DNA of 64,000 nucleotides from Macrostomum lignano (lineage: Eukaryota): assembly GCA_002269645.1 (NCBI GenBank), contig NIVC01000906.1:124001-188000 (forward strand), given 5' to 3'. Within the stretch, counting starts at the first letter, position 1. Each line of letters begins with the position of its first letter. The notes beneath the pieces were generated by a model. It was not told where the DNA came from. It worked only from the letters and a program-made list of their open reading frames with translations, and did not search any database. The translations under genes and the position numbers were made by a program. Below, in pieces: positions 39,896-52,183 of the stretch.

Positions 39896-40114
39896 CTCTA
39901 TTTAGTCTACTTGAGTTAGTAGACTAGTTAAGCGGTAACACAAACGACTGTTTAGCGACTCTTATGGTTCTGCAACTACGGTTCATCCCAGTCGCTAGAG
40001 TCACTAGTGAGCAGTTTGCAATGACTATATAGCTATTCTTGTCACGGTATCGTTTTCAATGGGACAGACTGCGTCCAAAGCTCTTATAGAGTCTCTCAGA
40101 TTTTGATTGTTTTA

Positions 40115-42195
40115 TCAAGACAGCCCAACATCCAGCACCATCATCACAATGAAGCCCACAATGCACCCAGCCGAAGTCAGCTTAGAATCGGTTGATTCTG
40201 GCACAATCGCATCGAATACAACGTAGATCATGGCTCCGGCTGCGAATGCCAATGCGTAGGGTAGCAGAGGCGTTGCTATGGAAACTAACAGACAGCCGAG
40301 CAGGCCAGCTATCGGCTCCACCATGCCAGATAGCTGGCCCCACCAGAAGCTTTTCAACGGGCTCATTCCTGACGCGTGCAGCGGCAGCGACACTGCCAGG
40401 CCTTCCGGGAAATTCTGGATCCCAATTCCAATAGCCAGGTTTCGGGCCGCTTCAAAATGACCTTTATTGTCCTCCTGGCTGCTGCTACTGTTGTTGCTGA
40501 CAGCGCCAATGGCTCCGAAGCTTACACCGACTGCCAGGCCTTCCGGTATGTTGTGTACAGTGATTGCCAGCACCAATAGCAGCACACGCCTCCAGCTGGG
40601 GCCGCCACCGTGTCTGAACTGCTTTGCCTGACTGCAAAGGCCAGTTTGAGGATATAGGGTTGGTGTTAGGACTTGACTATTTGTCCCTCAAAACACTAAT
40701 ACTAATAACATTTGATTGAGAGCTCATAAAAAACCCACACCCCAAGGACAAGAAAAATTCCACACCCTCAGGACCAGAAAAATTCCACACCCTCAGGACC
40801 AGAAAAATTCCACACCCTCAGGACCAGAAAAATTCCACACCCCCAGGACCAGAAAAATTCCTCACCCCCAGGACCAGAAAAATTCCTCACCCCCAGGACC
40901 AGAAAAATTCCTCACCCCAGGACCAGAAAAATTCCTCACCCCAGGACCAGAAAAATTCCACACCCTCAGGACCAGAAAAATTCCACACCCTCAGGACCAG
41001 AAAAATTCCACACCCTCAGGTTTAGAAAAACCCCACACCTCAAGATTAGAAAAAACCCACACCCACAGGATTTGAAAAAACCCACACCCACAGGATTAGA
41101 AAAAACCCACACCCTCAAGATTAGAAAAAACCCACACCCACAGGATTAGAAAAAACCCACACCCACAGGATTAGAAAAAACCCACACCCACAGGATTAGA
41201 AAAACCCCACACCCTCAGGTTTAGAAAAACCCCACACCCTCAAGATTAGAAAAAACCCACACCCACAGGATTAGAAAAACCCCACACCCTCAAGATTAGA
41301 AAAAACCCACACCCACAGGATTAGAAAAAACCCACACCCACAGGATTAGAAAAAACCCACACCCACAGGATTAGAAAAACCCCACACCCACAGGATTAGA
41401 AAAACCCCACACCCACAGGATTAGAAAAAACCCACACCCACAGGATTAGAAAAAACCCACACCCACAGGATTAGAAAAACCCCACACCCACAGGATTAGA
41501 AAAAACCCACACCCACAGGATTAGAAAAAACCCACACCCACAGGATTAAAAAAACCCACACGGTTAGGATTAGAAAAACCCACACCCCAACATTTCTCTC
41601 CAAATGCGAAGGCGCCGCACCTTTCATCCTCGGCATTCCAATCTTCGGCAAATTCGACTGATCCACCATCCCGGCCGCTGCTAGCGCCGCCGCCTCCGCG
41701 TCTTCGAAGTGCGGCAGCGGCATTGACAGTGAGCAGCTCGGGCAGTTGTACACCAACGCTGTTACAGTCAGCGGCGCTATCTAACAGCAGATTGTTAGAA
41801 GCCGACCGAGGCTTGCCACTAGCAGAGCCAGTCAGCTCCTTAACCAGATCGTCTCCATCTCCCCCAGCAACGCCTAACGCCGTCAACAGTCGATCGGCTC
41901 CGACAACAAAAGCGGCGCCAACCCCGAATCCAATAGCAACTGGTAGCCAGGCGAATTCGCCTTTGGCACCGTAAGAGCCGCTACCTCTAGCCATGTCTAT
42001 GGCCGGGTCCAGCAGAGACCAAAACGATGCGGCCGTCATCACGCCGGCTGCGAAACCTAAACTAGCATTCAATAGGCGAGCGTGAGAATAACCGGCTGGG
42101 ACTAGGAACACCAACCCGGCGCCCAGGGCTGTCAGGCCCCAGGTCAACAGGGTGCCCAGCGCCGTCTGCGCTAGCGGCGTGACAAATCGCAGCAT
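40115..42195 (-). CDS. SLC39A11: ZIP11-type zinc transporter (GufA subfamily), 2 exons (42195-41621, 40631-40115), 363 aa
   Basis: The N-terminus ALGTLLTWGLTALGAGLVF, LGFAAGVMTAASFWSLLDPAI, SWRRVLLLVLAITVHNIPEGLAVGV, IGIGIQNFPEGLAVSLPL and GQLSGMVEP match the family. The phase-2 GT-AG join (AG|T) gives 1092 nt in frame. Confidence 0.93.
40730..41590. repeat. Intronic 25-bp minisatellite (gattagaaaaaacccacacccacag) grading into a gaccagaaaaattcc variant
   Basis: Fills the single ZIP11 intron. It begins about 30 bp from the donor. Confidence 0.92.
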
Positions 42196-42289
42196 AGGGA
42201 GTTTTCAATTGGCCATTTATGACGTTGTTGATTGATTTATTGATTAAACTGAATCTATGATCATGAGGGTTGAGGACCAAGCTATAGGG

Positions 42290-42950
42290 ATGATTGGGAA
42301 TCTATCTATATCTGACGAATTTGGAGGGTTTAAAACCTGCCCTAGGGATCTGGAGACGGTTTAAAACCTACACTAGGGAGCTGGGAGGGCTTAAAATATC
42401 CCCCTACGGATCTGGGAGGGCTTAAAACCTGCTTGAAGGATGTGGAAGGGTTAAAAACCTACTTTAAGGATCTGGGAGGATTTAAAACCTAGTTTAATGA
42501 TATGGAAGCGTTTAAAAGTTACTTTATGCATCTGAGAGGGTCTAAAATGTACTTTAAGGACCCGGTAGGGTCTAAAAGCTACTTTAAGGATCCGATAGGG
42601 TCTAAAAGCTACTTTAAGGATCCGGTAGGTCTAAAACGTACTTTAAGGATCCGGTAGGTCTAAAACGTACTTTAAGGATCCGGTAGGATCTAGAACGTAC
42701 TTAAGGATCCGGTAGGGTCTAAAACGTACTTTAGGGATCCGGTAGGTCTAAACGTACTTTAAGGATCCGGTAGGGTCTAAAACGTACTTTAAGGATCCGG
42801 TAGGTCTAAAACGTACTTTAAGGATCCAGTAGGATCTAAAACGTACTTTAAGGATCCGGTAGGGTCTAGAACGTACTTTAAGGATCTGGTAGGGTCTAAA
42901 AGCTACCTTAAGGATCTATGAAGGTTTAAAACTTACCCAAAGGATCTGTA
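42290..42950. repeat. 29-30-bp minisatellite (ttaaggatccggtagggtctaaaacgtact) between ZNHIT2 and ZIP11
   Basis: Homogeneous core at about 42560-42900 with degenerate edges. Confidence 0.88.
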
Positions 42951-43102
42951 AATATGGTAGGAGGACATACAAGGAAAAATAAAAGACAAATAAAAAACTA
43001 CACTAACTAATTCCAAATTGAAAAAAATAGTAGCCAGTACAAAATCGCAACACGCTGAATATGACTGTATTTCATTAAATAGCCAAAGCTGAAGTCAAAC
43101 AC

Positions 43103-44353
43103 CTAGTCAATGGTATTTTTCTCCGACATCAATTCAGTAGCGTACTGGCACACAGCCAACTCTAGCAACGGCACAAGCTGACAGCATTGCTGATATCTGC
43201 TAGATTCTTCAGCTAGTAGCCAAGCGCAGAGATACTCCAGGCGCTTAGTAGCCAACCTAGCGTATCGAGTTTTATTAGCTAACACCTGTAGAGCTGAGTG
43301 CAAATCTGCCAGAGCGCGCTCCGGATACCGAAGCGATCGATCTTGACCCAGCAGGCGGATGGCATCGTGCAGGCAGGCCAAGAACAGGGAATTCGAATAG
43401 CACAACTGGCTAGGATTCGACTGGAGACGATGCAGGAATCTGGCAACAGTAAGATCCAAATTTGGCAAAGGAGCGTTTGAAGGGCATTGAGCGATAGCGG
43501 CTGGTGCGGAGTTTGGGGTGAGTGCGTGGGCGGAGGAGGTTGGGGTGGGTGCGTGGGCGGAGGAGGTTGGGGTGGGTGCGTGGGCGGAGGAGGTTGGGGT
43601 GGGTGCGTGGGCGGAGGAGGTTGGGGTGGATGCGTGTGCGGAGGATTTAGAGCCGGGAGCGCAGGGCCACAGCAGCTGGCAGCAGGTGATCAGCTGATCG
43701 GGACAGTCGGTCAAGTCGCAGTTGGAGAGCCTCATAGAGTACGCATAGGTTAGCAGAGCCTCTAACAACACTAGAGGCATCAGCGGACTAGGCGGAGGCA
43801 ACCTTCTAGTAGTACTAGCTGGGTCTGGCCGAAGGCTTGCTACCAGTGCGGCATCGGGAGCAGAGAGCGTCGGCGGTTCCTTCTCGGCATCGCGCACCGG
43901 GCCCTGCCACCAGGGTGTCACCTCCGGCAGACAGTCGGCGCACTCGCCGGTCTCCAGGCTGCGCACAAAACGACGCCGTTCGCTAGGCGTCAATTGGCGC
44001 CACAGAGCGTCGGCGTCGATATCGACGGCGTCCAGATCGACGCCAGCGAGTCGGCTAGCGAGATCGTCCTCCTCGTCTTCGATGACGTCATCAACCATAA
44101 GCTTCTCCTCAGCTTCCTGAGCTAGGCGACGTCGAAGAACTTCGGCCATAGCCCGACGCTCGCTGGTGCCGACAGTTTCACCGCGAAGCGACTCCAAGCA
44201 GCAGTCGCGATAGAAAGCTTCTGAACAGGCCGAGTGTCGTTCGTGTCTGTAGCAGGCTACTGAACAGTAGGCTATGCCGCATTTGGGACATGTGTAGCGC
44301 CCGACTGTTGATGTGCAAATAAAGCAGATTGAAGACTTTGTTGGACCCTCCAT
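43103..44353 (-). CDS. ZNHIT2: Zinc finger HIT domain protein 2-like, single exon, 416 aa
   Basis: CFICTSTVGRYTCPKCGIAYCSVACYRHERHSACSEAFYRD (zf-HIT plus FY-D), DLASRLAGVDLD..DADALWRQLTPSERRRF and LTYAYSMRLSNCD are ZNHIT2-type motifs from memory. Confidence 0.88.
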   Translation of the reverse strand: MEGPTKSSICFICTSTVGRYTCPKCGIAYCSVACYRHERHSACSEAFYRDCCLESLRGETVGTSERRAMAEVLRRRLAQEAEEKLMVDDVIEDEEDDLASRLAGVDLDAVDIDADALWRQLTPSERRRFVRSLETGECADCLPEVTPWWQGPVRDAEKEPPTLSAPDAALVASLRPDPASTTRRLPPPSPLMPLVLLEALLTYAYSMRLSNCDLTDCPDQLITCCQLLWPCAPGSKSSAHASTPTSSAHAPTPTSSAHAPTPTSSAHAPTPTSSAHALTPNSAPAAIAQCPSNAPLPNLDLTVARFLHRLQSNPSQLCYSNSLFLACLHDAIRLLGQDRSLRYPERALADLHSALQVLANKTRYARLATKRLEYLCAWLLAEESSRYQQCCQLVPLLELAVCQYATELMSEKNTID

Positions 44354-44798
44354 AAATGTGTTGGATAAGGCAGGTTACAGCCTTAAATGCACTCGGACAC
44401 CAGTGTTAGTTTAGTGGCCAGTGTGACTTTTTTCATAAAAATGCAACATAGCTGTATCTGGAGACTTTTTGCCAGATGTTGTAGAGTATTCTGCCTCCCT
44501 CGAAAATCCATAAAAATTAACATACTAATTACACATTATTCAGTAGTATAGCATGCAGCAATAAGCATTGAATTGCATATAAATTTTAACGAACTAATCA
44601 GAAAAGCGAAAAGTCGGTCAGGCTATTTTTTGTAACCAATCAGTCATGAATGACCTACAATTGTCAATTCAAACCCCACCTGCGATTCATCATCTGGCTT
44701 GCACCCGGTTTGCACCTGGATGAACCAATCAAATGCAACAGAAAACTACCAGCTAATCATGCGCGCTTGCAGTAGACTAGTTGCGCAATTTTCTTCCC

Positions 44799-45750
44799 TG
44801 TCATGCTTGACAGCAACCAAAGCGTGAACCTTTGATATTTACGAAAAAGGTGATGGACGACCTCGAGAGAGGTCCATTTGCCTATAAATACAAGTGGTCT
44901 GAAACGAACCCGGAACCAAGAAACTGACCTCCGGAAGGAGGAGAAGCTCTGAAGAGGAAGCCTAAGGAGACTCGGTCGAGTTGTTGTGGTAAGCCTTGCT
45001 CATTTGCGCCGTTGTTGAGTCGACTCACTATTGTGATAGTGTTTGAGTCTATTGAGACTCTTGAGTCAATTTGAGACTCCATTGGTTGTAGTCGCCCAAA
45101 GGACTACCCAAATAGATCTTAGAGGATCTATTAGAGATTACCGGAGCAATACCTAGAGTGTATTGAGGCACTGCTAGGAGAAGGCTTAAGTGAAACCACA
45201 GATCGGCGCAGGGATCCCATTGTTTGATACAAGGCCTCTGATTGGTCCTGACTGCAGATACTGGCTGGAAGTAACTTCATCGGAAGTACAAGAGGAACCA
45301 GGACCAGAGCAACTGAAGAACCAAGGCGCCTGATCTACCAGATCAACTGAGAGAACTACTGACGCAGGAGACTACAGACGAGATCTCACCTGAATCAAGG
45401 TAAGCAGTACATTTATTGATTACTGGGTTGCCTAGCTAAGAGCTAGAAGTGATTGTTCCTTGATTACAGAGAAAGTCTGGTAATAAGGAACACATCAATG
45501 TGATTCCAGAGGTTCCACATGTACAATATTCATTTATAATTTAGTTATATATTTATATTTATTTCCTAGGCAGCTTGATAGTTCAAGGGTGCTATATAGA
45601 TTTCTAGAGCATTGTAAAATTCGTGAGAGCAGAGCAGCTAGTTTCGAGTACACGAGTGAGCATATTATAGTATATGATATCCTATACTATACAACATGGG
45701 TCAGAAAACTTTTGTACATTAAGCTAGCCAAATAAATAACATAGTGTACA
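44799..45750 (+). other. Possible solo LTR or divergent promoter plus 5' exon
   Basis: TGTCA start, TATA-like CCTATAAATA (44880), a GTAAG donor at about 45400 and AATAAA..ACA near 45731-45750. No TSD was found, so this is unproven. Confidence 0.3.
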
Positions 45751-46654
45751 ACTGCGAGCCAGAGGAGAGAAGAGAGGTGATAGAAAAGAGAAGAAAAGAG
45801 AGATAAGAGAAATGAGAGACAAGGGAATAATGTCCAAGAAAGGAGATGAGAAAAGAAAGAAGGGAGAACAGAAGGGAAAGAAAATGAAGAGAAAGAAGAG
45901 GAGAGGAAAAAAGGGATAGGAAATTAGAGAAAATGATACTTCAAAGAAACACAAACCTTAAGTAGACTGTAGTCTAATAGGCTAGTTTGCCAATCCTTGC
46001 TATACTATATAGTGGTCAATGGTAAAGCACAAACAAATGTATAATACTTAAAGCAACAGAAATTCTAGGTAATCATGCTAGAATTCAGAATGAGCTACTA
46101 AACATATAGAGCATTACTATGCATTTATTATACATTTTTAGTTATAGTACTTAGTAGTATTATTATACAATTTCACCTCTATACCTCTTTAGTTGTACAA
46201 TACATAGCTATAGCGAATTTTATCATGACATCTCTGTAGCAACAATTTGTTATATTTAGATGGTCAAATCTCTATATTCCAAATTTTTCCATAGCCATAT
46301 TAAAAATTAACAAAATTTAATTTTTTTGCTTGAAGAAGTGCTGCCTCAAATTTTCCTATAACTATAGCTATAATTACAGTATAACACTAGTACTTAAAAT
46401 AGGCATTTTACCTAACCCTAGTTTCTATAAAGACTTAATAAGTATTTAATATATTTAAATAAAACATTTTTAATATATTTTATAAAAATTCTAATATAGA
46501 AAATAATCATGTTCTTAGTATAAGACAATAAATCATAAAAGACAAATATAATTAAATAAAACTTCATTTTTTATAGATGGATTTTGGAATAATTATGTTT
46601 ATTCAAAATAAATTAGGCATTCAAATGAACCTTATAACTACATATATCTATGGG

Positions 46655-48582
46655 CAGTGTTGGGCAAGTTACTCAAAAAGTAACTTGCATTACTGTAACT
46701 AAAGTTACCAATTTTTAAAAAGTAACTTAAGTTAGCCTAGTAACTTTAGACAAAAACTTGGTAACTTTTAAGTTAAAGTCCATTATTCACTTCCATTACC
46801 CATGTTATTAACAAAATTTTCTGCTTTCTTCACATTGCACATTTTTTTCACATTTTTGTTACCGAAATGTGCCATTGGGCATTGTAATTAACCGATTAAG
46901 ACAGAGACAGGAATTGGCGACACGATGTGAGGCAAGTAGAAGGACCAATGGGCAATGGCAATTGTGGCAAGTGGGTTGCCACAAAACTTTAATACTTAAA
47001 ACGTTAATAATAATAATTTTCCATTTAAATTGATGCCCAATTCCCGGAATTTTTATTTAATTTTTCAACGGTTGTGCCGCATTATACTTTCCCATCGTTG
47101 CCCTTGTGCTTCCCATTGTTGTCCCTTTGGGTTGCCCTGCCATTGAAGCGATTTTTTCCGTTTGTTGATCTATGCCATTTTGCTATCCAATGCTATGTGT
47201 TTAATTTGTCTATCTGGCTGCCCACATGTTCGCTCACCCTGTAGCCCAGCTATCCGTCCCAACCCCCGTCCCTGAATTGAGTTTAATATTTTTCTTATAT
47301 AAACTGCGGTTCTGCCACAATGATTTTCTAAAAAATTTCTAAAATTTTTATTTATTTAAATTTTTGTTTTCCCTTCCTGTTTAAGTTGTTCATTTGGTGT
47401 TAATCTCGTCCTGCCTCCCATAACTTGCTGTTTGTTTTGTCTTGTTGCTTGGTCAATTGTCTATACGTCACCGCCTAAAAGAATCCTTGTGCGCAAGTAA
47501 TAACTCAAGTAATAAGCTGATAATATAAATAATCTAACAACACCTATAATATAACCAATAACGTCGACAAGTTAATCAATAACTACTATTTGTCTGTGTT
47601 GACATTGCCATAGCTTATCTTGAGTCATTTGCCCGTGGGGCATAAAATAGCCAATCAGTCTCAACTCAAAGAAAGCTCTGAGACTCTATTCGTTCCGTAA
47701 TACATAAATTATGGTGGTGGCAGCAACTACCCTACTGACAGTAATGAGTTCAACACATCAACGCATCAGTTTATGGAGACAGAATTTCCGAAGTTCCTAC
47801 AACTGAACGACCGTGCCGCTCTATGACCGCTCCGCTACGATTACAACTATCCTCCCCCCGGACTTGAGAACCCGGCAGTCAGAGTAAAGGAGAAGAAATT
47901 CATTGAGATTTATCTGCACTAGTTTTCCGGTTTTATTCGTACTTTAGCAATGCCGGCGGCAATTCAAACGAGGAATCCGCCCCACCTCACTGGTGTCAGC
48001 AAATTATTCAAAACCGAGAGCCAACCAAAAAAATTCTTCTCCACCCCCACCTCACAATCAATAATTAAAATTATAAATAATAAAAAGCGAATATCAATAA
48101 TTCAATAGAGTAAAATAAATAGAACTGTATAAAATGGTGTAGTGTACTGCAGTGCCAGTGGAGGGACTTGTGGAGGCTACAGATGAATTTCTTTCTTTGG
48201 TTGTTTGTTTGAATCAAACTTGAAAATTTTTAGTAACGAAAATGAAAAGCGAAAATATTTTACTGAAATAAACAAAGTAAAACATGTTTCAAGTATTTCT
48301 TCATTAATTAAGCGCAGTACCATATGATACTATTCACTTAATTTTGATTTAGGAATGAAAAATGCAAAAACATTGTGACAACCGGCGTACTAGCTAAGCA
48401 TTTCAGTTTTAAATTAAAATATTGTGATTGTTGCAAAGTAACTGTAACGGACTTCCAAAATTTGAGTAACTTACCATTACTCCGTTACTAAAATAAAAAA
48501 GTAACTTGTGTAAGGAATGCTTTACAAAAAAGTAACGCGTTACCATTTGCAAGTTACTCGGTAACGGAAGTGCCCAACACTG
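46655..48582. mobile_element. Non-autonomous hAT element, 1928 bp
   Basis: TIRs CAGTGTTGGGCA / TGCCCAACACTG, a perfect 8-bp TSD TCTATGGG (46647-46654, 48583-48590), GTAAC/GTTAC subterminal repeats at both ends, and no transposase ORF. Confidence 0.93.
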
Positions 48583-48604
48583 TCTATGGGATTCTTTCTA
48601 TCTA

Positions 48605-48830
48605 GGGATGCTTGCTATCTGAAAAATGCCTGCTATCTAGAGGGATACTTGTTATCTAGGGGATGCTTGCTATCTAGGGGAATGCTTGCTATCTAGGGGA
48701 TGCTTGCTATCTGGGATAATGCTAGCTATCTGGGGTAATGCTTGCTATCTGTAAGATGCTTGCTATTTGGAGAGATGCTTGCTATTTGGAGAGATGCTTG
48801 CTGTCTTGGGGATATTTTCTATTTAGAAGG
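48605..48830. repeat. 18-19-bp minisatellite (gggatgcttgctatctag)
   Basis: Degenerate tandem array beside the hAT insertion site. Confidence 0.8.
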
Positions 48831-49672
48831 AATGTCTGTTATTTTTATGAAAGTGTTATTTTGTTGTTATTTTGTTAATTTTAAAAAAAAAGACTCAGTA
48901 AACATTTTTGTCTATGACAATTTTACTTGAACATAAATGCCCAACCTCAAAATTTTACCTGTCTGGTGCAACTTAGTTTTGTCTAGATTTGCAACATAGT
49001 TCCTCTTCATCACAACTTAGTTCCCCCAATTGCAACTTAATTTTCACTTTATATATGACTTTTCTTGCCCTTTTCTCCTTTCTTCTCTTTTTTCTTTCTC
49101 CTCTTTCATTTCTCTCTCTTCTCTCCTTTCTTTTTTTCTTTTCCTTTCTTTCTTCCAATTTTTCATTTTTTTTTCATTTTTGATTTTGCAACTTACCCTA
49201 GATGGAGAGTCCCTTATTTTAAGCCAGACCGGAGTCAGCCTGCATCCAGCCTGGATTTTTTTTTAATGTTTGCGCGTTTAAACAAATATGGTTCCTTCTA
49301 CACTGTGTAAGTTACAGTAGACTGGGTAGACTGGTTTTGGACACGGAAAGTATTTTTGAAATATTTCTGAGGAAATTTGTCTTTAACTGCTAATGAAAAT
49401 TGAGGTAATAAAATATTCAATATGGCGCGAGCACATGACTATTACTCAGGTTTTGTGCTGTCTTTGTGGTCTTCTAGCTATTGAGTCTTGACTGGCAATC
49501 TAGGCCAGCTATTTTCCATTACAATTGCGACTTAAAATTGTTAGTTTCTGCATTTAATTCAGCTGTAGACTCTGTTAGTTTGTGCAAGTAGTTCAGATTT
49601 TTCAATTTGAATGGTCTAGCTTTTTATTTTATTTATTTTTCTGTTAAATTTTTACACTTCGCTTTAAGAAGT

Positions 49673-52183
49673 ATGGAACAAAATGGAAATGAATCCCAGA
49701 CAACAAAAAGATCAAGTGGAACACTGGCTAGAATACTGGGCCTCTCTGCACAGCAAGCGCATGACATTCTTGCCTGAAAAGCGCAGGGTGAATGCGAGGT
49801 GGAGGTTTTAAATAGGCCTAAGAGAATGCCAATTGAGGGTGGATTAGTTTACATTTACAAGGCAGAATCCATGGATAAGAAGAGGGACTGGCATGTGGAT
49901 GGGTATCGATGGACATGCGCAGGTGGTGACAAGCTGCCAAGGTAAGCAGTGATTGAATTACTTGCATATGGCATAGATTTTGCCCCTACAATGCAAATGC
50001 AAACCATACTCAAGAATACTTTTAATTTTAGAATAATTGTGCCGTCTACAATAATTTATCTCTGATTCCTTGGCCATATAAGATAAAATAAAAATAATAA
50101 ATAGGGAAATATAAGCTTGCATAGTACAATATTAAATAAAACTGTGCTATGTACAATAGTAAAGTTTTGTGGAATTATCTATTGACATGCATGGTGTGTG
50201 TGTTTATCAAGGGAAAAAATTTGTACTATTTACAAGGTTTTTAATGCTATCTATTAAAGAATTTTAAAGCGAGCAATTTTATAAATTTAATGCACCATAT
50301 CTAAATTTAGCACAAAGCTCAACCAAATGCAACTAATGCGTCAAAAATTCTTTTCAGGACAGCACATGTGAAGCTGGTTAGAAAATTTAAGTTTCAATTT
50401 ATTGACATGCTGGAGCAGAATGTCAACTTCTGGAGGAATGGCTACCATTTGATCAGGCCTGATGGTAGCATTGATGAAAAGTAAGCAGCTGTTGACTTGT
50501 GTTGGGCTATTTTCTGCTTTTATTCAGTTTTTGATAACTGATTGTACTGAGACAGTTTGGTTGCCAGCACAGATAAAGAATAGATAGATTTATTATCTAT
50601 GGTTGCCAGTGCTTACCAGATAGTCGCTGAATAATTTCTCACAATGTAAACATCCCATACAGGTACACTTTGGTGGAATACTTTGGTGATGCGTCAGCTA
50701 CAGGTGAAGCCTCTCGTGCATGGCAACTTAGTGAGGATGGAGCTAAGCCATATGTCTGAACAATGCCATCAGTGCTGTACGCAATGAAGGCAATGAAGGA
50801 TCAGGTGCCAACAGCCATTTACAATCACCTGATGGCCAGGTGCTCGAAGGATGGCAACCCAGACTATATGCCTTGCAATCCCAAGCAGGCCTCAAATGCT
50901 AGGGAGTATGAAACGGCCCATTGTTGGCTGCATGACCAAATCCTATTAGTGGCAGCACTGTGCAATAAAATACCAGAGTTTATTCTGCATTTCACTGCAT
51001 TGCCAGGTATAGGCATTGTTGTTGGTCAACGAGATCTGCTTAATCTTGTGAATAGCATCATAGAGTACCAGCCTGAAGGTTTAATGCTATCTTTTGATAC
51101 CGGATTTTCTGTGAAAGGCATACTGGTGTCAACGCTTGTTGTTCGCCTTGCCATATTTGAGAGCCAGCTGATCTGCACTCCGATATTCCTAGTGCATGGC
51201 CAAAAGATCAGCAATGTTCACCAAATTTTCTGGGAGGTGGCTGGTGAATATCTACCAGCATTGAAGTTGGTTTCAACTGTCTGTGTGCTGGACAGAGAAA
51301 TTGCATTGTGCAACGGACTGGCTACAGTGTTGCCAAAAGTGCGAATTCTCGGGTGCTGGAATCATCTGCTGAATAACATCTCAACATGGCTAAGCAAGAA
51401 CAGAAATGTTGACAGCTGCATCAAGGCCAATGTCAAAGCCCTTCTAAAATGCATTTCAGAGGAAGAATTTGAAACTCAGCTGGAACTGAGGCGGCCCAAC
51501 TGGCATGGGGACTTCTAGGCCCACTTCACCGACACTTTAGAGCCTACTATATGGCGATTTGCTAGCCACTGGCTTATAGGAGACCTATACTCTGAAATGT
51601 CAGGCATCACGCAGAATCAGTCAGAGTCAATGAATGATGTACTGAAGCAACTCTACAATTCAGAGCGGAAATTCAGCCTAATCAAGTGCCTTATTACCCT
51701 CTACATGCTGTCAGTTTTAAAGCATAACAAAATTGCAAGAGGTCTTATGGGCTACACTGGATGCTACAGATTGAAAGACAACTTTGCTTTTATCAAAGCA
51801 AAGCCGGAGGATTATCCAATGTTGTCTGTACCAGAACGTAGTGTGCTACTTCAGAACATTGTTCTAGGAGTCAACAAATGCAAGAGGAATACCTCATGCA
51901 AGTTGTGACAACTTTAGTGCAGTTGCTGAATGAGGGTACGCTATGCGTTGGCGAGGACGGCAAGCTGGAACCAGTCTTCGAAAGTGAGATAGACAGCAAG
52001 ACCGAGAGGCAGGAGGGCGAGGCAGACAGCAAGACCAAGAGACAGGAGGGCAAGGCAGACAGCAAGACCAAGAGGCAGGAGGGTGAGGTAGACAGCAAGA
52101 TTAAGAGGCAGGAGGGCAAGGCAAACAGCAAGGCAAAGGTGATAGATGCTGAAACGCAGACGCATTTTACTCATTCAGTTTAA
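49673..52183 (+). pseudogene. Spliced MULE/Mutator-type transposase pseudogene with a CG-1-like N-terminal domain
   Basis: Exons 49673-49941, 50358-50480 and 50663-onward (GT-AG). The N-terminus reads RPKRMPIEGGLVYIY...DWHVDGYRW..GGDKLP. The MULE core reads LSFDTGF..ILVSTL...PIFLVHGQK...VLDREIAL...ILGCWNHL...TQNQSESMN. There are stops at 49775, 50757 and 51516 plus frameshifts, and a 33-bp repeat at about 51985-52135. No TIRs were found. Confidence 0.8.

Noticed and set aside
49192-49201. CTTACCCTAG matching the end of the 20-kb element's TIR
   Set aside because: The match is only about 10 bp. The adjacent sequence (TGCAACTT repeats) differs and there is no partner end.
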